This document shows, piece after piece, positions 55,548-64,000 of a stretch of DNA of 64,000 nt. Position 1 is the stretch's first letter. Each line of letters begins with the position of its first letter. The notes beneath the pieces were generated by a model. That model saw only the letters and a list, made by a program, of their open reading frames with translations. It made no database searches and was not told the origin of the DNA. Source of the stretch: Octopus vulgaris (taxonomy: Eukaryota); assembly GCA_951406725.2 (NCBI GenBank), contig OX597833.1, forward strand, positions 32,178,001-32,242,000. Reading direction: 5' to 3'. The position numbers and the translations under genes are program-made.

Positions 55548-56609
55548 GTGTTTGGTCTGTGGTGTTGCCTCATCCTATGGTCCCACACACTCGACCAACT
55601 TATAGACTTCAAAAACCTTATCAACCGTGTAAATAACAACATTCAATTCACAATGGAATATAGTCAGGACCAACTCCCTTTTCTTGACATCCTAATCATT
55701 AAAAAAGGCGTCAACATTGAAACTGACATCCATTACAAACCCACTGACTCTAAACAATACCGTCTATTCACCTCCAATCACCCAAAACACACAAAGACAA
55801 ATATCCCCTTCAACCTAGCGAGAAGAATCTGCACTATTGTCTCAAATGACACAACACGAAATAGAAGACTCCGGGAACTAAGGGCAATTCTTCTCGAAAG
55901 ACATTACCCGGCATCACTAGTAGACAACGGAATAGAACGGGCCAAATCAATCAACATTCAAGACCTTCGAAAACCCAAACACATCCACAGTACAGTAAAT
56001 AGCCTCCCCTATCTCTCAACACACAACCCAAGGAATGCAGAAGCTTACACTATTATATACAACAACATTCCACAACTAAATCAAGACCCACGCCTGAAAA
56101 AAATACTGGCAGCTCATAAAATAATAAAAAGTAAGAGACAACCTAAATCCCTAAAAAACCTCCTCACCAACGCAAAATTACACAACACAAACCCACCGGC
56201 CACCATCAAAAAATGTGGTCGCCCCAACTGCAAGACCTGCATCCACCTCATTGAGGGATCGTCGTACAAGTTCCACTCGGGACACACATTCATCATAAAA
56301 AATAATTTCACGTGCGCATCAAAAAATTTACTCTACGTCATAAGGTGTGAAGGATGCCACGAAGACTACATAGGGCAAACGAGCCTTACCCTCAGAGAAA
56401 GAATGACAGTTCACCGACAACAACTGAGGGACCCCTCCACAAGACAGATACCACTAAGTGGACACTTAGACCTTTGTGCACACAATAAGTCCCCCAAATT
56501 CTTAGTCTTCCCACTATACCAATGCTCGGACAACACCACAGACCAAACACGAATAAATAAGGAAAGTAATCTTATTCAAAAATACAGACCACAACTAAAC
56601 ATACTCTAA
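55548..56609 (+). CDS. PLE polyprotein C-terminal part: RT thumb, Cys-rich linker, GIY-YIG endonuclease (5'-truncated; first ~7 codons come from the inverted arm)
   Basis: IQFTME..LPFLDI..YKPTD..Y..F.S.HP; CGRPNCKTC; FTCASKNLLYVIRCEGCHEDYIGQT..LRERM..H; uninterrupted. Confidence 0.9.
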   Translation: MFGLWCCLILWSHTLDQLIDFKNLINRVNNNIQFTMEYSQDQLPFLDILIIKKGVNIETDIHYKPTDSKQYRLFTSNHPKHTKTNIPFNLARRICTIVSNDTTRNRRLRELRAILLERHYPASLVDNGIERAKSINIQDLRKPKHIHSTVNSLPYLSTHNPRNAEAYTIIYNNIPQLNQDPRLKKILAAHKIIKSKRQPKSLKNLLTNAKLHNTNPPATIKKCGRPNCKTCIHLIEGSSYKFHSGHTFIIKNNFTCASKNLLYVIRCEGCHEDYIGQTSLTLRERMTVHRQQLRDPSTRQIPLSGHLDLCAHNKSPKFLVFPLYQCSDNTTDQTRINKESNLIQKYRPQLNIL

Positions 56610-56980
56610 CATACCCCCTGGAAACACATCCAGAGCAAGCACACAGGGACGCGCGCACGCTCACAGCATATCGTGCGGGCGGGCACATGCGCGCATCGGC
56701 ACGCATAGGACACACTAGCGGGCATTGACCGCACACATACGTGGCATGCACACGCATGCATTATATATATGTAGGTGATGTATGTGTGTGAGTGTTGTGT
56801 GTGTGTGTGTGTGTGTGTGCGCGTTGTGTGTGTGTGTGCGCGGGTGCATATATATATGTGTGTGTGTGTGTGTGCACTGTGTGCGTGTGTGTGTATATGT
56901 GTGTGTGCGCGCGCGTTGTGTGTGTGTGTGTGTGCACGTGTGTATATGTGTGTGTGTGTGTGCACTGTGTGCGGGTGTGT

Positions 56981-57011
<31 letters not shown>

Positions 57012-57054
57012 AGCATTGTGTATGTGTGTATGTATTTACATGTGTATTTGTTTT

Positions 57055-57087
<33 letters not shown>

Positions 57088-57290
57088 TGTGTGTGTATAT
57101 ACATGGTATGTGTGTATATGTTAGTACCTTGTTTGTGTGTGTGTGCGGTATGTAGAGATATATTTGAGTGTGTACGCTATAGGTTTGTAATTTGTGTGTG
57201 TGTGTGTGGGGGATTTTTAATATATATATATGTGTGTGTATGTGTGTGAAAAAATATATGTATGTGCATGTATGTATGTATGTATGTGTG

Positions 57291-57321
<31 letters not shown>

Positions 57322-58689
57322 GTGTGTGTAGGTGTGTGTGTGTGTATATTTATTTGCATGTTTATGTGTGTATAAACATGTACATTATTTGCATGCGCAT
57401 TGTGTATATGTATATTGTATGTATGTGTATTGTATATGTATGTGTACAATTAAGTGTATATATGTGTGTGTATGTGTGCATTGTATATATGTATATTGTA
57501 GGTGTGCTATATATGCATGAATACATGTATATGCATTGCGTGTATATATATGTATGCATTGTGTATGTATGTTATGTGTGTGTGTGTGTGTATATATATT
57601 ATATGTATGCGTACGTGTATGTGTATGCATTGTATGTATGTATATTGTGTGTATATGTGGTATATCTATGTATGTGTATGTAAACACTATTTATATGTAT
57701 ATATGTATATATGTATATGCATTGTCTATATATATATATATTATATGTATGTATTGCGTATGTATATTGCATGCATATATTGTGTATGTGTATTATTTAC
57801 ATGCTGTATGTGTGTATTGTATGTGTATATATATGCTAGGTGTATTTGTGTGATATTTATATTATGTATGTATGTGTGCGTGTGTTGTGTGTGTGTGTGT
57901 GTGTGTGTGTGTTGTGTGTGTATGTGTGTTATATATCTGTGTTATATTTGTGTGCTGTGTGTATATGTGATATATGTGGGTGCGTTGTGTGTGTGTGTGT
58001 GTTCTGTGTGTGTGTGTGTGTGTTTTGTATGTGGTGTGTGTTTGTATACTATGTGTGTGTGTGTGTGTGTGTTGTTGTTGTGTGTGTGTGTGTGTATATA
58101 TATGTGTGTGACAAACAGACGCTATCTGACCAGCAGGCACGGACACATCTATTCACACCCGCATACTAACCTCCCGATAACCCCAAAATCATTCATGCAT
58201 AAAGGGGAAGTATACACCACATTGGCTACTTCTTCTTTTCTCTCAGTTCAGCCTTTCTGCTAATACCAACAGGTCAGTAAAAACATATTCTCGCCTTGAA
58301 CTTAAAATATTCTGAGATGTATAAAAAATCCATTTTAATTTTTGCTGTCAAAAGGCTGTATATATATACCAAAGACTGTATATATATACATGTAATGTGA
58401 CAATTTGCGACAACCAATAATTAACGCAACCAATTCCCAATAATATATTTGTTTTATCCTTTTCTGCCAAATTTTCCCAAATATTCTCATCACACTATTG
58501 AACTTCTCTGTTACCAAACACTATATTTATACATGTAATGTGACAATTATGTATAAAAAAACATTTTTGAATTCATAATATCCAATGTGACAATTATGTA
58601 AAAAACTTTTTTTGAATGCATAATATTCAATGTGACAATTATGTAAAACACTTTTTTTGAACCCATATTATTCAATGTTTCCTTAAATG

Positions 58690-58734
58690 TTACTTTTGAC
58701 AATCTTTTACCAAAGAGTGAAACCGGTTAAGTAA
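58690..58734 (+). ncRNA. Variant minimal hammerhead (U3-A8) in right pLTR arm
   Basis: TTACTT-TTGACAA-TCTTT TACC AAAGA-GT-GAAA-CCGG-TT-AAGTAA; perfect 6-bp helix I. Confidence 0.6.
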
Positions 58735-58807
58735 ATAAACATCGTTTAAATTGCATTTTCAAACCTTTTTTCTTATATAATCCCACTCGTGCGATACCCC
58801 ACAACTC

Positions 58808-58854
<47 letters not shown>

Positions 58855-58977
58855 CAAAATCAAGGAACGGCCATAATAGGCCATTCACCCACTAGAAATA
58901 ACAACCAAAGCTTCAACCGCAAAACAACATCAATTCCGCAAACCAGGAGAAAATTAAAAAAACATTTACCCTGTAGT

Positions 58978-59080
58978 TCCTTATACGATGCACCGTTTCA
59001 TCTATTGTTTAATGGTAAACTAACCTGATTAAATTAAATCAAGCTAGTCTTCCATAGGCCGATAGATTCGTCAGTAAGAA
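58978..59080 (-). ncRNA. Type I hammerhead ribozyme, unit 1
   Basis: TTCTTA-CTGACGA-ATCTAT[long hairpin]ATAGAT-GAAA-CGG TGCA TCG-TA-TAAGGA. Confidence 0.88.
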
Positions 59081-59468
59081 CAGCCAGATCGGAGCAGATA
59101 TTTACACGAGGCACTTCTATCACTGTCTCGGCAATATCTGACCTAAAATTTTCAAATCATCTCACTCGCGCCAAATTTATCGGCAGCAAATATAAGCCGC
59201 CGATTCCATTACGGAATTAACCAGAAAATTCATAATTAATCAATATAGGGTGGCAAAAAATTTCGTAGAATTTTTTTTTTTTTTTGCCACCAGCGGCCTA
59301 GTGGGAAAAAATTAAATAGTCAAAGACCATTTGTAAATTCAACAGCAAAATCAAGGAACGACCATAATAGGCCATTCACCCACTAGAAATAACAGCCAAA
59401 GCTTCAACCGCAAAACAACATCAATTCCGCAAACCAGGAGAAAATTAAAAAAACATTTACCCTGTAGT

Positions 59469-59571
59469 TCCTTATACGATGCACCGTTTCATCTATTGTT
59501 TAATGGTAAACTAACCTGATTAAATTAAATCAAGCTAGTCTTCCATAGGCCGATAGATTCGTCAGTAAGAA
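59469..59571 (-). ncRNA. Type I hammerhead ribozyme, unit 2
   Basis: Identical to unit 1 by eye. Confidence 0.88.
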
Positions 59572-59955
59572 CAGCCAGATCGGAGCAGATATTTACACGA
59601 GGCACTTCTATCACTGTCTCGGCAATATCTGACCTAAAATTTTCAAATCATCGCACTCGCGCCAAATTTATCGGCAGCAAATATAAGCCGCCGATTCCAT
59701 TACGGAATTAACCAGAAAATTCATAATTAATCAATATAGGGTGGCAAAAAATTTCGTAGAATTTTTTTTTTTGCCACCAGCGGCCTAGTGGGAAAAAATT
59801 AAATAGTCAAAGACCATTTGTAAATTCAACAGCAAAATCAAGGAACGGCCATAATAGGCCATTCACCCACTAGAAATAACAGCCAAAGCTTCAACCGCAA
59901 AACAACATCAATTCCGCAAACCAGGAGAAAATTAAAAAAACATTTACCCTGTAGT

Positions 59956-60058
59956 TCCTTATACGATGCACCGTTTCATCTATTGTTTAATGGTAAACTA
60001 ACCTGATTAAATTAAATCAAGCTAGTCTTCCATAGGCCGATAGATTCGTCAGTAAGAA
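59956..60058 (-). ncRNA. Type I hammerhead ribozyme, unit 3
   Basis: Identical to unit 1 by eye. Confidence 0.88.
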
Positions 60059-60486
60059 CAGCCAGATCGGAGCAGATATTTACACGAGGCACTTCTATCA
60101 CTGTCTCGGCAATATCTGACCTAAAATTTTCAAATCATCGCACTCGCGCCAAATTTATCGGCAGCAAATATAAGCCGCCGATTCTATGGAAGACTAGCTT
60201 GATTTAATTTAATCAGGTTAGTTTACCATTAAACAATAGATGAAACGGTGCATCGTATAAGGAACTACAGGGTAAATGTTTTTTTTTAATTTTCTCCTGG
60301 TTTGCGGAATTGATGTTGTTTTGCGGTTGAAGCTTTGGCTGTTATTTCTCGTGGGTGAATGGCCTATTATGGCCGTTCCTTGATTTTGCTGTTGAATTTA
60401 CAAATGGTCTTTGACTATTTAATTTTTTCCCACTAGGCCGCTGGTGGCAAAAAAATTCTACGAAATTTTTTGCCACCCTATATTGA

Positions 60487-60516
<30 letters not shown>

Positions 60517-60524
<8 letters not shown>

Positions 60525-60674
60525 ATATTTCGGAATGGTCATTTTGCCAGTTTAGCCAATAAAAACACACGCACTATATATTTGGTGTTATTTTGCAAAA
60601 TAACACCAAATATATAGTGCGTGTGTTTTTATTGGCTAAACTGGCAAAATGACCATTCCGAAATATAACAATAT
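60517..60674. repeat. 158-bp perfect palindrome with no spacer
   Basis: Centre TTTTG|CAAAA at 60595/60596; arms are exact reverse complements. Confidence 0.95.
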
Positions 60675-60727
60675 CTGTTTCAACACACGACTTCACATAA
60701 AAAATCTTGCACAACAAATATTTAAAC

Positions 60728-60791
<64 letters not shown>

Positions 60792-60793
60792 AC

Positions 60794-60825
<32 letters not shown>

Positions 60826-60832
60826 GTATGTA

Positions 60833-62081
60833 TCAGGTTGGTGCAAAAGTAACGTACGATTTCCAGAAAAAATATTTCAGAGCGAATTTATCAATTTTTT
60901 AACCTCTTCTTATAGTTTAAAGATATCTTTGTGTCTAATTTGTACTATTTTCTTTCAGATTATCTAACTTCTGATCATAATTCTCAGAAAATTTTACCAC
61001 CATGTTTGTCCCATCTAAAGATCACATAAGAAAGGTTTTACTCTACGAGTTTTATAAAGATGTTAATGCAAGTTCAGAGCACCTATGGGGATGATGTAGT
61101 GAATGAAAGAAGTTGCAGGAGGTGGTTTTCCCCTTTCCGAAGTGGTGATTTCACTTTGAATGAAGAGCCAAAAGAGGATCATCCAAAAAAAACTTGATTC
61201 CGAAATGTTGAAAGTTCTTGTTTCAGTGAACTTTGCCGTTACCGCTAAGGAACTTACAGAACAGTTAAACGTGACCCATACAAGCGTGGTACGCCAGCTA
61301 AAACACAAGGTTCCAGTGGCTGGAAAATGGGTCCCTCACGAGCTGTCTCCAGAGAATCGACAGCAGCGTGCTGCCTGTTGTCAATCATTGCTTTCGCGAC
61401 ACTTTCAAGCAACATTTTTTAGACAGGATTGTTACAGGTGACGAGAGGTGGATTCTTTACCATAATGTTAAACGCCGCTATTCTTAGATCAATTGAGGAG
61501 GACGGCCAGTTCAACAACCGAGGGCAGGACTTCATCCAAAGAAGATCATGTTGAGTGTATGGTGGGATATTAAAGGAGTAATCCATTATGAAATGTTGGA
61601 CAACAACCAAACAATTAATGCTAATCTTTACTGTGAGCAACTTCGTCATTTGGAAACAGTCCTGAGCCAAAAGCAAGCATCCATGGTTAACAGAAAGGGT
61701 GTCACTTCCCATCACGATAATGTTCGTCCTCACACAGCTCAACTGACCAAAACTCTCATGGAAGAACTTGGTTGGGAAATACTGTCTCATCCTCCATATT
61801 CTCCTGACCTTGCTCCTTCTGATTACCATTTGTTCCGAGGACTACAGAACTATTTTGATGGACTTAGGTTAACAAGAGAAGAGACTGAAAAGGAGTTGGA
61901 TTCATGTTTTGGTTCTAAATCTACAGAATTTTATAAGCGAGGCATTTATAAGGCATTTATAAGGAATGAGGCCATTGAAAGCAATGGAGAGTATGTTAAT
62001 GAATAAATATTTCCATAGTCATTGGCTTATTCATTTTTACCTTAGATCTTTAAATCGGACATTACTTTTGCACCAACCTGA
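60833..62081 (+). mobile_element. Full-length mariner (D,D34D) with decayed transposase
   Basis: TIRs TCAGGTTGGTGCAAAAGTAACGT / ACATTACTTTTGCACCAACCTGA; TA flanks; WVPHEL, TGDERW, HDNVRPH, YSPDLAPSDY. Confidence 0.95.
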
Positions 62082-62124
<43 letters not shown>

Positions 62125-63199
62125 TGAGGAAAACTTGGCTGATATTTCTAGAGTTCAGTCGACGACACAATAATTAATGAAATACACTTCTGTCCTGTAA
62201 ATGTACCCGTGGGGGTCAAGAAAAAAATGGAAAAATGAAGAAAAATGTATTAAGTTAATCATTTAAATGGCTTGTGGATATCTAGGGCAAAACGAGTCCA
62301 GCAAGCGAACATATGTTGATCAATTATCAAAGTCCTGTAAAAACTCCAGTCCCACTCTCAGCACTGAAAAAAAAACAGAAGTACTTCATCAACCTGTCCC
62401 AGAACAAGCGAAGTGTTTATTTCTGACTTAAAAATTTAGAATATATTGCAACAACACTCTCCTTAAATGTATGTATTGAAACTGAAGTGTTATGTACGAG
62501 CATGATTACCAAGGCGACTGTAACGTTTGGAAAACTGCTGCATAGAGTGAGGGACTACCCAGTTATTCGTATATATACCATAATTAAAGTTGACAATGCA
62601 CACATGGGTGTGTATGTGTGTATTTACGTATGTATATGTGTGAGTCTATCTATCTGTCTATCTGTCTGCCTGCTTGTCTTTCTATGTGTGTGTGTGTGAG
62701 TATTGTGCGTATGGTTGCCTTGGTTGTGTGTATTCTGTCGTTACACGTTTGTGTCAGAAGTGTTGTGTGTGTGTGTGTGTGTGTGCGTACGTGCGTGAGT
62801 GTGTGTGTGTGTAAAGTAGGTTTATTTTACATATATGGACAGAATATATCCAGATTAATAAATGAGTAACTGATTTCACCATTAACTGTAATTTCCTCTC
62901 AATTCGCTGATAAGATTGCTTATGAGAAATCATTATATCCTTATATGGAATGCTGTTTATCTTACAACATAGGATAGATACACGTATGTAGATGCGTGTG
63001 TACACATGTGAACTACAGGAAATAGTTCAGATTAACCAATTCAGATCTCCTGAATGACATACGCAAAACATTTTGAACGAAGCAAAATTTGCGGTTTAGT
63101 TTGGTCTGTGAACGAAAACTCGATGGTAATTACATTCATGATTCAGTCACTTCCTCACCACTCCCTAGAATTATATAACTTCATCGATAAGACTATCAG

Positions 63200-63637
63200 A
63201 TGGCTTTTTATATCGCTGGTCACACCACTCTCCTGCTTTTTTTCCTTGGTTGCACCCTTTTCTCCTGTTGGCCCAAATTCTTTTATTATTATCTTTCTAT
63301 GACCATGGAGATCTTCTGAAAAATGCAAAGGTTCACATATCAGCCTTGTGACATGTCTGGCTCAGTGGAAATTGTGCTTTCGGTTTTCTGCAGTCACATT
63401 ATTCACTCACCCTCCTTTTGCAATTACGTTGATCCGGGTATGGTCTAGTAATGATAATCCTATCTTGGATTTTCTCATTCCCCTCCGTCATAAATCTTCC
63501 TCGAACTGGCCAAAGTGTTGGTTGTGCATAGGATCTATGTAGGACGGAGGTATTGAAGAGACTGGCATGCAGGAAGTTCCATTGTACTTTGAGCACTTCA
63601 TTAATCGAGTCAAATACCATCCATCAGACTTTCTGCA

Positions 63638-63640
<3 letters not shown>
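63200..63640 (-). mobile_element. Possible RTE-like LINE 3' remnant
   Basis: Weak WAGHV-like (*ARHVTR) and HASLFNTSVL motifs. Confidence 0.35.
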
Positions 63641-63728
<88 letters not shown>

Positions 63729-63847
63729 TTGTCTATATTCACCGTCTGTTAAGTTTCCGTCTTGTTTCTTGTTTGCTCTGCTTTTTTCCTTGTGTTCTGT
63801 CTGTTCAATCATTGATATATATATAAGTTTGGAGCCATACTCCCTAA

Positions 63848-63904
<57 letters not shown>

Positions 63905-63910
63905 TTATTA

Positions 63911-64000
63911 TTTTCTTTTTCAAATTTGCTTCCATTTCTTGCCGAGTGTCTTCCCGACTCCTAGGGCAAAGAAACTCATAGTATACATTGGTAGGCCATT
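63911..64000 (-). mobile_element. R4/Dong-like 3'UTR end abutting (TAA)n
   Basis: Reverse complement of 40146-40235; (TTA)n at 63847-63910. Confidence 0.9.

Larger units (their letters stand above)
53324..58813 (+). mobile_element. Penelope-like retroelement (Neptune type), 5'-truncated, with inverted 2.2-kb pseudo-LTR
   Basis: 53324-55567 is the reverse complement of 56531-58779 around a 963-bp spacer; GIY-YIG ORF; (TA)n at both outer ends. Confidence 0.92.
58853..60494 (-). mobile_element. Retrozyme-like element: 2.7 tandem ~487-bp units plus inverted partial unit
   Basis: Units start at 58853, 59344 and 59831; inverted segment 60184-60494; no ORF; hammerhead in each unit; (TA)n on both sides. 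Confidence 0.85.

Noticed and set aside
53324-58779. Large-TIR DNA transposon (Foldback/Polinton-like) or homing endonuclease cassette
   Set aside because: The inverted arm duplicates the ORF's own 3' end and UTR, and the ORF has a PLE RT thumb; this matches the inverted pLTR structure

Overview
Repeat-saturated, gene-free animal genomic DNA. The SINE, LINE and microsatellite style suggests a cephalopod (Octopus-like), but this is inference. No host protein-coding exon could be supported. The window is a mosaic of microsatellites, tRNA-derived SINEs, mariner (D,D34D) transposons, Tx1/L1-like, R4/Dong-like, CR1-like and RTE-like LINE remnants, and non-autonomous Helitrons (one carrying a PIF1 helicase fragment), with a 100-N gap. 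The most notable region is 53.3-60.7 kb, where three consecutive head-to-head inverted insertions are each bounded by (TA)n. (1) A Neptune-type Penelope-like element (RT C-terminus + GIY-YIG) has 2.2-kb inverted arms, each carrying a variant hammerhead ribozyme. (2) A non-coding ~487-bp tandem repeat encodes in every unit a complete type I hammerhead with a greatly extended helix II, i.e. a candidate retrozyme/circRNA element. (3) A 158-bp perfect palindrome follows. A second, unrelated ~430-bp hammerhead-bearing unit lies in (TA)n at 8.2-8.6 kb. All calls were made by eye; boundaries of decayed elements are approximate.
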